Below, in pieces: positions 40,106 through 55,400 of a DNA stretch of 64,000 bases. The stretch is from Macrostomum lignano (Eukaryota). The DNA lies in the NCBI GenBank assembly GCA_002269645.1, contig NIVC01000213.1, forward strand, positions 1 to 64,000, written 5' to 3'. Each line of letters begins with the position of its first letter. The stretch's first letter is position 1. Below the pieces are notes generated by a model, which made no database searches, was not told the origin of the DNA, and was given only the letters and a program-made list of their open reading frames with translations. Both the position numbers and the translations under genes were made by a program.

Positions 40106-40514
40106 ACCTAGGTTCCAAGGCAAGGGAGCAATTTTTTACTGAATTTTTACTGTTAGGGTTGACTTCGTGGTTTTAAATACCTATTATAATTTAAGTTGAA
40201 TCGCTATAGACGCTAAGGATTTTTACTTTATTCAAACAAAAATAACGGCAAATTTAAAGCTGAGCGGCTAGAAACCACAAGAAAGTAAACTATAGAGTCT
40301 TTTTTACAAACACTTTAAACGCTCATAATTCAGATGTTACACACAATACTTACAAAAGCTTACAAGTGTAAGCAGTGCTATTTAACTTTGACTATAGCTT
40401 AACCTTTTTCATTTTTTAGATAAAGGAGTGATCAACTCAATGCAAATTGTTTCGTGGTTGGTTGGCTTATAAAGCTTTGAGTTATAAATATTGTTCTAGC
40501 TCATATTTGCGTTA

Positions 40515-42794
<2,280 letters not shown>

Positions 42795-43220
42795 AGAAAG
42801 CGTTGAATCTTGAAATAGCTCGGAGGTGGGCGGTGCAATAAAAAAGAACCACGCCCTCGCACGTTTAACGGCTTTAGTGCTAGATCCTCACCTGGACTGC
42901 ATCCGGGATCTCCCTCCTTCGAATTCGAGGTTTTCAAGTCAAAATCGGGGTCCACAATAAATCATGCAAGAAATTGTCCCGTCTGTGTACTAATCCACTA
43001 GCGCCCCAATCCGACTTCTCGTACAAGCCTATAATCACCCTGCACGTAGATGGAGGACCAGTGGTGAACATATAAATAAATATTTGCTGAAGGGCTGTGG
43101 AGCACCATGGCGCAACCAGCGCTCTGAAGACAGTTTTGATCATTCCGCTGACTCCTGAGCCATACAAGCATGCCAATACTGTACGCAGGCACGCACCCAT
43201 GCACACGCTTTCTAATCGTC

Positions 43221-43589
43221 AGGTACGTACACTCTCTGTGCCTTGGGGGTTGGGCCTTATGGGTGTGAGGTATGTACACTCTCTGTGCCTTGGGGGTTGG
43301 GCCTTATGGGTGTGAGGTATGTACACTCTCTGTGCCTTGGGGGTTGGGCCTTATGGGTGTGAGGTATGTACACTCTCTGTGCCTTGGGGGTTGGGCCTTA
43401 TGGGTGTGAGGTATGTACACTCTCTGTGCCTTGGGGTTGGGCCTTATGGTTGTGAGGTATGTACACTCTCTGTGCCTTGGGGGTTGGGCCTTATGGGTGT
43501 GAGGTACGTACACTCTCTGTGCCTTGGGGGTTGGGCCTTATGGTGTGAGGTACGTACACTCTCTGTGCCTTGGGGGTTGGGCCTTATGG
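43221..43589. repeat. 47-bp minisatellite, about 8 copies
   Basis: Unit aggtatgtacactctctgtgccttgggggttgggccttatgggtgtg. Confidence 0.93.
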
Positions 43590-44689
43590 AAGTGAATGCG
43601 CCTCACATCAAACGCATGGCAAACCCGGCGTAAATCCTCAATCTAGCGTAGACTAGCGTCGTTGGTTAAAATCGAGATCACGTGATTATCGATAGTTTTT
43701 TAAATAATAAAATCGATAAACCGCTGCGCCCCGCTGTTGCAAAGGAAGGTCACGTGACTTGAATGGATTTTTGAAAAAAAGCTTCCAGTGACTCCTTATC
43801 TCACCTGATGTGATTGGACAGCCACTCCCTCAGCGCTTCTCTCCCACTCCTCTCTCAGCCAACCATTTGTCAGCCGTTCGAGACCCGGTCCTCCGTGCTG
43901 AGGACCCGCCCGACTCAGCCGACAACGGCTAGCGGCCTGCGGCAGCGGCGGAACTGACCAGGCAGGGTTTTGAGTGCCGCGTGCACCCTCTTCAGGATGA
44001 AGGGAGCTGGAACTGCGGCCTTCGTGATTGTATGGGGAGCTGGGATTCCTCATCAATGAGATGATTAATGCAAACGATTCTGTCAGTTGTCAGTAAAATC
44101 TGTCAGAGCCACATTTTTGACGAAATGTTTTTTCGTCCTGAATCTCATCATAAATTATTTTGTTTAATTTTTTTTTCATTTTATTGACAAGTGCAAGACC
44201 TACAGAACTGCCATTGATGGGGATTTTCCACTTCTTGGCTCGAATTTTCTTCGATTTTTGTTTATTCTCGCAGCAATTGTTTATGCTTTTTTATAGACTT
44301 TAAAGCTTAGTAGACTTGTAGAATTTTTTTTCTTGCAATTTAATTTTTTTTACGGCGGCTTCCGTATATATTATAGCTTATCTTCCTTTTACCCCTGTCA
44401 TTTGGGCAACTTATTGCTAATAGAATTTGACTGCCACGCAACAGAATTGTATTTGAAAGTGTAGAGCCAGTAGCCTTAGACACGCAAATATACACCATAT
44501 TTAGCCGCAGAAAGCATTGGTTTTCAGTTTCCAAATATTCAAACGACCTCGTTCTTTGTTGTCTGGCTTAATCCATTGGTAGAAAATTGATTGCTGCTTT
44601 GAGACTTGCTTCTGCCGCTAATGACACGCAGCCCTCACACTGGCAAGGGCTGGGCTGCAGACCCTTTGCTATTTGTACACCTCTTTCCT

Positions 44690-45540
44690 CACTCTTCTCA
44701 CCTCACTTTTACCTCTCTTCTTTCACCTCTCCTCTCTCACCTCTATTCTCTCACCTCTATTCTCTCACCTCTATTCTCTCACCTCTCCTATCTCACCTCT
44801 CCTCTCTCACCTCTACTCTCTCACCTCTATTCTCTCACCTCTATTCTCTCACCTCTACACTCTCACCTCTATTCTCTCACCTCTCCTCTCTCACCTCTCC
44901 TCTCTCACCTCTACTCTCTCACCTCTATTCTCTCACCTCTCCTTTCTCACCTCTCCTATCTCACCTCTCCTCTCTCACCTCTCCTCTCTCACCTCTATTC
45001 TCTCACCTCTCCTCTCTCACCTCTCCTCTCTCACCTCTATTCTCTCACCTCTATTCTCTCACCTCTCCTCTCTCACCTCTATTCTCTCACCTCTATTCTC
45101 TCACCTCTATTCTCTCACCTCTCCTATCTCACCTCTCCTCTCTCACCTCTACTCTCTCACCTCTATTCTCTCACCTCTATTCTCTCACCTCTACACTCTC
45201 ACCTCTATTCTCTCACCTCTCCTCTCTCACCTCTCCTCTCTCACCTCTACTCTCTCACCTCTATTCTCTCACCTCTCCTTTCTCACCTCTCCTATCTCAC
45301 CTCTCCTCTCTCACCTCTCCTCTCTCACCTCTATTCTCTCACCTCTCCTCTCTCACCTCTCCTCTCTCACCTCTATTCTCTCACCTCTATTCTCTCACCT
45401 CTCCTCTCTCACCTCTATTCTCTCACCTCTCCTTTCTCACCTCTCCTCTCTCACCTCTCCTCTCTCACCTCTCCTCTCTCATCTCTCCTCTCTCACCTCT
45501 TTTTTTCTCACCTTTATTCTCTCACCCTCTTCTCTCACCT
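44690..45540. repeat. 14-bp pyrimidine-rich minisatellite
   Basis: Unit ctctattctctcac / ctctcctctctcac. Confidence 0.92.
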
Positions 45541-46261
45541 CCCTTTTTTAAGCTTTTGTCTCCCGTCTTTCTCCCCTCTCAATCAGCTTCCTTTTTACAG
45601 AGGCCCGAACTTTTACGAGTATTTACCTTATCTCAGACGACACACACACACACACACACGCACACACCTCGAGCATCAGGTGAAAATCCGAAACACCGCA
45701 CGCTGTTGAAACTTCACCCCGAGCTCCCAGCTCAGGACTGGTTCGGTTCTGCCATTTTGTTTATCGTCCTTTGCGCTTTGAGGATTCAATATTAATCTAC
45801 TTTTAACGGGAGAATGAAATGCTGACTGCCACTCTTAAGCTCACCAACTTTGACTCTCGGCAAGTTCTCGTTGAGTGTTTTACCATGCACCTAATACGTG
45901 CTATGCATAATATGAATATTATACATTTACTATACCATTTGCCGCACGCAGTGAAGAAGCTGGACCAGCCCCTGCCGAGATGAAGTCTCTGGTTCAGCTG
46001 CTTTTTTAAAAACAGAGCTGCTCACTCATTTCTCTGTCTCTGTCTCTCCTTCTCTCTCATCATGCTTTCGGTAAAGTTTTGCTTAACTTAAACCCTTCTT
46101 TGTGAAGTATGCACGTACTCGCATACGACGCGCGTATGCAATTATACTTTCCAGTACATGTAGGGGAGATTGTTAGTTTATGCGGCTAAGGGCTCAGGAA
46201 CCCGCCTAGGATTAGCCATGGCACTACGAGTAACATCTTCCCTCCCTTTACTCGCCCTTTA

Positions 46262-46680
46262 CTGTACTTTTACTCTCCCCATTCCCTTTACTCTCCGTTT
46301 ACCCTCGTTTTACTCTCCCTTTACTCTCCTTTACTCTCGTTTTACTCTCCGTTTACCCTCGTTTTACTCTCCCTTTACTCTCCTTTACTCTCGTTTTACT
46401 CCCCCTTTGCTCTCCCTTTACTCTTCCTTTACTCTCCCTTTACTCTTGTTTTACTCTCGTTTTACTCTCCCTTTACTCTCCCTTTACTCTTGTTTTACTC
46501 TCGTTTTACTCTCCCTTTACTCTCGTTTTACTCTACCTTTACTTTCTCGTTACTCTCCCTTTACTCTCTCTTCACTCTCTTCATACCCTGTCTCCTTTCC
46601 ATCTCTCTCTTCTCTTTACCCCTCTCCCCTCTCCCTCTCCTACTCTCCTCTCTTCCTCTCTACTGTCTCTCCTCTCCCAC
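46262..46680. repeat. Pyrimidine-rich degenerate repeat
   Basis: ttactctccct / ttactctcgtt units grading into CT low complexity. Confidence 0.8.
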
Positions 46681-47169
46681 TTACTGCCCTGCTATGCCTG
46701 TTTGCTACAAATACCCCCAGCCAAAGTTGGTCAGCTATCTATCTTACTCTCTGTCTCCAATTTCTTGGAAGCTAGCTCCATCTCTATCGTTTGCAATCGG
46801 AACCTTACTTTCAATTCAGTTCATGCCTCTCTCCTCCCCTCTCACCCAGCCAGCCGCGATTTGCCAGAGTGATAGATCGAACCCGAGCAGCAGCAGCCTG
46901 AGAAATGAAATAACTTAGCAATCATTTTAATTGGGCTTACTGAGGCTGTCAGTAGCGGCTCGCCTCTGAAAGTCTGAGCGGGGTCCAGTGCGACTCGACA
47001 GAAAGAGGCAAAACCGGAGACAAATATCTTATTATTTTCTATTTAGCCGCAAAACCTAAGCGTTTGGGTTTAATTTAGTTGCCGAATAACTTTAGAGTGG
47101 CTGCGAGCTTGCAGCTGACAAATTGTACATGGACTGATAACTTATAGTGTACTATTAGAAATGGGATAC

Positions 47170-47360
47170 GGATAGAAGGGAGTGAGTGAAGGGAGTGAGT
47201 GAAGGGAGAGTGAAGGGAGAGAGTGAAGGAAGAGAGTGAAGGAAGAGATGGAAGGGAGAGAGAGAGGAGAGTAAAGAGGATAAGAGGGAGAGAGGGAGAG
47301 AGGGAGAGAGTGAGAGAGGGAGAGAGAGGAGGAGAGGAGAGGGATAGAGAAGAAGGGAGG
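47170..47360. repeat. GA-rich low-complexity tract
   Basis: gaagggagtgagt / gagagggaga runs. Confidence 0.75.
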
Positions 47361-48044
47361 CACAGAGCAGTCAGATGAAGAAAGCATCTTGAGCAGACTC
47401 CACTATACACAGGCCAGAATCGTACAGTCACAATTTTTTTCAAATGCATTCTCAGATCAGCTGAAGTGATGCAGCTCAGCAGGCATTATTCAGCTGCTGG
47501 TCTCACGGCTAGTGTTTATTTCCCGAGCTAGCTGGATAAAAACTCGCCACTCCCAAAATTCAGCACGCGATGACGGAGTCAGAGGGGGGCGGCATACACA
47601 AAAAGCGCCGCACGGGCGCTTATATTGATGAAGCGGCGAGGAAGCTGGCTAGTCTAGGATAGAACAAAAGTACTCCGAGTTTGAAAGCAACGAAGGGGCA
47701 GGCAAATGCAGACGCATACAGAGCTTCATCTTCCAACTTAAATAACTGGCTACTTTGCATTGGCTGGATACTGTTTCAGGAAATGTAACTTTACGAGGGC
47801 ATTGCGCTTTCATGCCTAACTAGCTGGTAATTAATCGTATTAATCATTCTGACTCAATGCAATATTCAACGCAAAATTAGACATTGTCTCCGCTGCCAAA
47901 TGCTGATATACAGCCCGAGAGTCCCTGCTGTGCTTGTCGAGTAATTTCTGCAAATGCAGATCTGGAGTGAGCAGGCAGACAGGGGCAGCCTGAGGGGCAG
48001 TTTCTAACCCTACTTCACCGTCTGCGCAGGTGGCTGTGGCGCCA

Positions 48045-50311
48045 AACACATTATGTTAAACACACACAAAGAGACAGATTCAGTGCCACTCACATTATGT
48101 TAAACACACACAAAGACAGATTCAGTGCCACACACATTAGGTTAAACACACACAAAGACAGATTCAGTGCCACACACATTAGGTTAAACACACACAAAGA
48201 CAGATTCAGTGCCACTCACATTATGTTAAACACACACAAAGACAGATTCAGTGCCACACACATTAGGTTAAACACACACAAAGACAGATTCAGTGCCAAA
48301 CACATTATGTTAAACACACACAAAGACACAGATTCAGTGCCAAACACATTATGTTAAACACACACAAAGACACAGATTCAGTGCCAAACACATTATGTTA
48401 AACACACACAAAGACACAGATTCAGTGCCAAACACATTAGGTTAAACACACAAAGAGACAGATTCAGTGCCAAACACATTAGGTTAAACACACACAAAGA
48501 GACAGATTCAGTGCCAAACACATTAGGTTAAACACACACAAAGAGACAGATTCAGTGCCAAACACATTATGTTAAACACACACAAAGACACAGATTCAGT
48601 GCCAAACACATAATGTTAAACACACACAAAGACACAGATTCAGTGCCAAACACATTATGTTAAACACACACAAAGACACAGATTCAGTGCCAAACACATT
48701 AGGTTAAACACACAAAGAGACAGATTCAGTGCCAAACACATTAGGTTAAACACACACAAAGAGACAGATTCAGTGCCAAACACATTAGGTTAAACACACA
48801 CAAAGAGACAGATTCAGTGCCAAACACATTAGGTTAAACACACACAAAGAGACAGATTCAGTGCCAAACACATTATGTTAAACACACACAAAGACAGATT
48901 CGCCGCCAAACACATTATGTTAAACACACACAAAGACACAGATTCAGTGTCACTCACATTATGTTAAACACACACAAAGACACAGATTCAGTGTCACTCA
49001 CATTATGTTAAACACACACAAAGACACAGATTCAGTGTCACTCACATTATGTTAAACACACACAAAGACACAGATTCACCGTCAAACACATTATGTTAAA
49101 CACACACAAAGACAGATTCAGTGCCAAACACATTATGTTAAACACACACAAAGACACAGATTCAGTGCCAAACACATTAGGTTAAACACACAAAGAGACA
49201 GATTCAGTGCCAAACACATTAGGTTAAACACACACAAAGAGACAGATTCAGTGCCAAACACATTAGGTTAAACACACACAAAGAGACAGATTCAGTGCCA
49301 AACACATTATGTTAAACACACACAAAGACACAGATTCAGTGCCAAACACATAATGTTAAACACACACAAAGACACAGATTCAGTGCCAAACACATTATGT
49401 TAAACACACACAAAGACACAGATTCAGTGCCAAACACATTAGGTTAAACACACAAAGAGACAGATTCAGTGCCAAACACATTAGGTTAAACACACACAAA
49501 GAGACAGATTCAGTGCCAAACACATTAGGTTAAACACACACAAAGAGACAGATTCAGTGCCAAACACATTAGGTTAAACACACACAAAGAGACAGATTCA
49601 GTGCCAAACACATTATGTTAAACACACACAAAGACAGATTCGCCGCCAAACACATTATGTTAAACACACACAAAGACACAGATTCAGTGTCACTCACATT
49701 ATGTTAAACACACACAAAGACACAGATTCAGTGTCACTCACATTATGTTAAACACACACAAAGACACAGATTCACCGTCAAACACATTATGTTAAACACA
49801 CACAAAGACAGATTCAGTGCCAAACACATTATGTTAAACACACACAAAGACACAGATTCAGTGTCAAACACATTATGTTTAACACACACAAAGACACAGA
49901 TTCACCGTCAAACACATTATGTTAAACACACACAAAGACACAGATTCAGTGCCAAACACATTATGTTAAACACACACAAAGACACAGATTCACCGTCAAA
50001 CACATTATGTTAAACACACACACAAAGACACAGATTCGCCGCCAAACACATTATGTTAAACACACACAAAGACACAGATTCGCCGCCAAACACATTATGT
50101 TAAACACACACAAAGACACAGATTCGCCGCCAAACACATTATGTTAAACACACACAAAGACACAGATTCGCCGCCAAACACATTATGTTAAACACACACA
50201 AAGACACAGATTCGCCGCCAAACACATTATGTTAAACACACACAAAGACACAGATTCATCACTGTTAAACACACACAAAGACACAGATTCGCCGCCAAAC
50301 ACATTAGGTTA
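48045..50311. repeat. 42-44-bp minisatellite with a 740-bp higher-order duplication
   Basis: Unit ttatgttaaacacacacaaagacacagattcagtgccaaacaca. Rare variants recur at 740-nt offset (taatg at 48611/49351; cgccgcc at 48901/49641). Confidence 0.93.
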
Positions 50312-50924
50312 AACCAAGTTAGGTACATAATCAGGGCGCACTTAATCCATTTAAAATTAGGTGAGTTAGATCAGGCAGATCATTTTTATACCTGGATAAA
50401 AGTATAAACGATTGATAGTTTAAAAAATTTCATACGGTTCCAGCAAAATTTCCTTTCGCTCTCAGATTGACTGCTTTTAATAAAATAATTCTCATTCTTT
50501 GTAGATTAAACTGCGGCTTGCGGCGGGGAGCCACTTTGATGTCTGATCATAAATTCAATCGGAGCTTTGACTCAGACGGGCACTGCATAAAAGCCTGGTT
50601 GGGAAAAACTGCAGTGAAAATATTGGTTCAGCAGTCAGCCAGCGGCTTCAATGCGTGAGCTCTGGCTATTGAAATTGGCACACAATAGGAGCGCTTCATA
50701 TATGCCTTCAATCAAGCTATTCAATGAATTTCACTGATTTATTTGGTTTTTTCTCTGAACAAAACTGTTATAAAAAATTCAATAAGAAATTTTCAGCTGG
50801 GGTAAAAATGATTGATTGATTTCTATGCCTTATACGTTGCCTTGAGCCGAACTCGGAAGATGTTTTGCACCAATCTTACTTTAAATGTCACTGTCTCATT
50901 TTTATGTTTTTAAACTGCGAAGTG

Positions 50925-52045
50925 ACTGAACTAAAGAGTGACTTAACCATATAGTGACTGAACCATAGAGTGACCGAACCATATAGTGACTGAACCATAG
51001 AGTGACCGAACCATATAGTGACTGAACCATAGAGTGACTGAACCATAGAGTGACTGAACTAAAGAGTGACTGAACCATAGAGTGACTGAACTAAAGAGTG
51101 ACTGAACCATAGAGTGACTGAACCATAGAGTGACTGAACCATAGAGTGACTGAACCATATAGTGACTGAACCATAGAGTGACCGAACCATATAGTGACTG
51201 AACCATAGAGTGACTGAACCATAGAGTGACTGAACTAAAGAGTGACTGAACCATAGAGTGACTGAACTAAAGAGTGACTGAACCATAGAGTGACTGAACC
51301 ATAGAGTGACTGAACCATAGAGTGACTGAACCATAGAGTGACTGAACCATATAGTGACTGAACCATAGAGTGACCGAACCATATAGTGACTGAACCATAG
51401 AGTGACTGAACCATAGAGTGACTGAACTAAAGAGTGACTGAACCATAGAGTGACTGAACTAAAGAGTGACTGAACCATAGAGTGACTGAACCATAGAGTG
51501 ACTGAACCATAGAGTGACTGAACCATAGAGTGACTGAACCATAGAGTGACTGAACCATAGAGTGACTGAACCATAGAGTGACTGAACCATAGAGTGACTG
51601 AACCATAGAGTGACTGAACTAAAGAGTGACTGAACCATAGAGTGACTGAACCATATAGTGACTGAAGCCATAGAGTGACTGAACCATAGAGTGACTGAAC
51701 TAAAGAGTGACTGAACCATAGAGTGACTGAACTAAAGAGTGACTGAACCATAGAGTGACTGAACCATAGAGTGACTGAACCATAGAGTGACTGAACCATA
51801 GAGTGACTGAACCATAGAGTGACTGAACCATAGAGTGACTGAACCATATAGTGACTGAACCATAGAGTGACTGAACCATAGAGTGACTGAACCATAGAGT
51901 GACTGAACTAAAGAGTGACTGAACCATAGAGTGACTGAACCATAGAGTGACTGAACTAAAGAGTGACTGAACCATAGAGTGACTGAACTAAAGAGTGACT
52001 GAACCATAGAGTGACTGAACCATAGAGTGACTTCACTAAAGAGGG
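50925..52045. repeat. 16-bp minisatellite
   Basis: Unit agtgactgaaccatag with ctaaag and tatag variants. Confidence 0.95.
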
Positions 52046-52402
52046 ACTGAGAATGAGACATAAGACAAAAAGTTTTAAAATCAAACAGAAGAACCGACCA
52101 CAATTTAGTCTTGAAAAGTAATAAATCGATTGCTAACAAAGTTTGACACAGTGCGTATTGTCTTTATAGTGCTCCACAAGACACTATACAACAATGAAAT
52201 TTAATATTTTCAACAGTTATAGTTTCGAAAGTGACATTGTAAATATTTTTGCACGAAACTACACTACCTAAAAACTTAGTTATCACATTTAGTAGTGAAA
52301 CAGCGCATTCACAGCGCCTTCGCAATTTATAAAATTCAAATCCAACGCAATCAGCCGTCTATAAAGTCCTCCGTTTCAAAAGAAGCTATATTCAGCACAG
52401 CG

Positions 52403-55400
52403 TCAGCAGGGTGCATCATCGTCGCCTTCGCTGTCGCCTCTTCGCCGACTCGCCGAACCCGACGGCCGGCCTGTGTCGAAGCCTCTCGTGCTGCACAGGA
52501 ACAGGCAGATGGCGTCAAGCGACTCCAGCAGGGTCACCAGCGAGGCGCCGAGCAGCAGGCCGAGGGCTCCGCCAGCGTCGGCGAGGAACTGGCTGAGGGG
52601 TAGAGCCACACCTCCAGCCGCTGCTGGCTCAGCAGGCTCGATGGCCGGACCTCCAGCATGCCGGTGTGCCGCTGAATCACCTGCCAGTGGGGGCCGGTTT
52701 CGGAAGGGTTTTGGGTTTCGTATTTTGTGCTCAAGTTCCGGTTTCGGGTTCCGGTTTCGGGTTCCGGTTTCGGGTTCCGGTTTCGGGTTCCGGTTTCGGG
52801 TTCCGGTTTCGGGTTCCGGTTTCGGGTTCCGGTTTCGGGTTCCGGTTTCGGGTTCCGGTTTCGGGTTCCGGTTTCGGTTCCGGTTTCGGGTTCCGGTTTC
52901 GGGTTCCGGTTTCGGGTTCCGGTTTCGGGTTCCGGTTTCGGGTTCCGGTTTCGGGTTCCGGTTTCGGGTTCCGGTTTCGGGTTCCGGTTTCGGGTTCCGG
53001 TTTCGGGTTCCGGTTTCGGGTTCCGGTTTCGGGTTCCGGTTTCGGGTTCCGGTTTCGGTTCCGGTTTCGGGTTCCGGTTTCGGGTTCCGGTTTCGGGTTC
53101 CGGTTCGGGTTCCGGGTTACCTGATAGGCGTGGATGCTGAACTCCACTGCTGCATCCGGCGCAGGTAGTCCTGCACCGGCAGGCTGACATTCCGTCTGGC
53201 CGCTTCGGCCCGGACACGGACTCCCGGTACAGTCGCATGTTCCTGGCGATGTAGCCGGCCTGCAGGGTGTCCGTGGACCTCAACACGGCCCGGAGTCGGC
53301 GCTGGCGAGTACTCGGTGCTCACCAGGTCTGCCGGCGCTCTGGCCAGCTCGGCGGCGTCCAGCCGCACCGGCGGCCTTCGCAGGAAGCAGCCGGCGGCCC
53401 GCTTGAACGAGGCGTAGCCTGCGGTGTCCTCGATCCAGCGCATCTCGCCGCCCGGTGCCCGAACGTACAGGTATTTGCCCAGGTGGCTGACTGTCCGGGG
53501 ATCGAACAGCAGCAGGATCGGCTCCCGGATGCCACGCAGGGCGGCAGGCCGGCCGGCGGCGGTCACCGGCAGGGCGTCGCTGAGACAGCCGCAGTCAGCC
53601 AGGAGGTCGGTCTGGCGAACGCCCAGCAGACGGTCGGCCTCCGGCTGGCGTAGCGTCGGCACCAGCGGCTCTGGCCGCCGAAGCAGTACACGGCGCTTGA
53701 TGAGCCGTTCGACGACGCAAAAATATTGTCGCCGTCCAAGCCGGAGCGCCACACTTGGCGCATGCCGACCCGCAGGCTGTCACCCGGCCGCTGTGTCACG
53801 TGAGCCACCCGGTCGAATGTTGGCCAGGACATGGGCGGGTGCAGCGTCACAGAGTAGCTGTGCCGGTGAGTCATGCTCGACTGCGGTGGGTCAGAGTGCG
53901 GGTCAGGTGCGCGTCAGAGTGTGAGTCAGAGTGCGGTTCAGAGTGCGGGTCAGAGTGGGTCAGAGTGCGGGTCAGAGTGCGGGTCAGAGTGCGGGTCAGA
54001 GTGCGGGTCAGAGTGCGGGTCAGAGTGCGGGTCAGAGTGCGGGTCAGAGTGCGGGTCAGAGTGTGAGTCAGAGTGCGGGTCAGAGTGGGTCAGAGTGCGG
54101 GTCAGAGTGCGGGTCAGAGTGCGGGTCAGGTGTGGGTCAGAGTGTGGTCAGAGTGTGGGTCAGGTGTGGGTCAGAGTGGGTCAGGGTGCGGGTCAGAGTG
54201 TGGGTCAGAGTGTGGTGTTCAGAGTGTGGGTCAGGGTGTGGGTCAGAGTGTGGTCAGAATGTGGGTCAGAGTGTGTCAGGGTGGGTCAAAGTGTGGGTCA
54301 GATTGCAGGGCTAGAGTCCTGTCAACCTCTTATCATAGAACTGATCATTATCCATAGAGCTGTCAGACGGTAGTCAGTCTGTTCAGAATTCAACCAATGT
54401 AATTTGATTTCAAATAGGGCCCTATACAGATATGGCTGCAGACACTTTGACGTCAACCGCTGGATCCATTTTGCCTTGTCATTTTTTGGCTTAAGGATTA
54501 AAATCTACAAACAAGCAGAGCTCTGTAAGATTATGCATACGAGTATATTTGTCAGTATTTGAGTCGGATTAGCTTTTAAAAACTCATTCCAAGTGAAAAT
54601 TGCTTTTTATACTGGATAGAATAAAAGCACAATAAATCAGCTGGCAACTGTTGAAATTAACGGGAGATTCGGGTGGTTGCCCTTTTCTACAAGATTGATC
54701 CTTTTGACAAACATTTGGCGCCACTACGAGTGTGCGCGGCTCGTAGAGTAGCTGAGAACATTCTGGCGCTAATTGAGAGTCACTGAAGATTTTGGCGCCA
54801 ATTGAGAGTCACTGAGGATATTTTGGCGTCTATTAAGAGTCACTAGGACATTTTGGCGCCTATTGAGAGTCACTGAGGATTTTGGCGCCTATTGAGAGTC
54901 ACTGAGGAATTTTGGCGCCTATTGAGAGTCACTGAGGATATTTTGGCGCCTATTAAGAGTCACTGAGGATATTTTGGCGCCTATTGAGAGTCACTGAGGA
55001 TATTTTGGCGCCTATTGAGAGTCACTGAGGATATTTTGGCGCCTATTGAGAGTCACTGAGGATATTTTGGCGCCTATTGAGAGTCACTGAGGATATTTTG
55101 GCGCCTATTGAGAGTCACTGAGGATATTTTGGCGCCTATTGAGAGTCACTGAGGATATTTTGGCGCCTATTGAGAGTCACTGAGGATATTTTGGCGCCTA
55201 TTAAGAGTCACTGAGAACATTTTGGCGCCAACTGAGAGTCACTGAGAACATTTTGGTGCCATTTGAGAGTCACTGAGAACATTTTGGTGCCATTTGAGAG
55301 TCACTGTGGACATTTTGGCGCCTATTGAGAGTCACTGTGGACATTTTGTTGGCACCACGGGGGTCTATTTTTATACAAGACCTAATACGCAGCTAATGAA

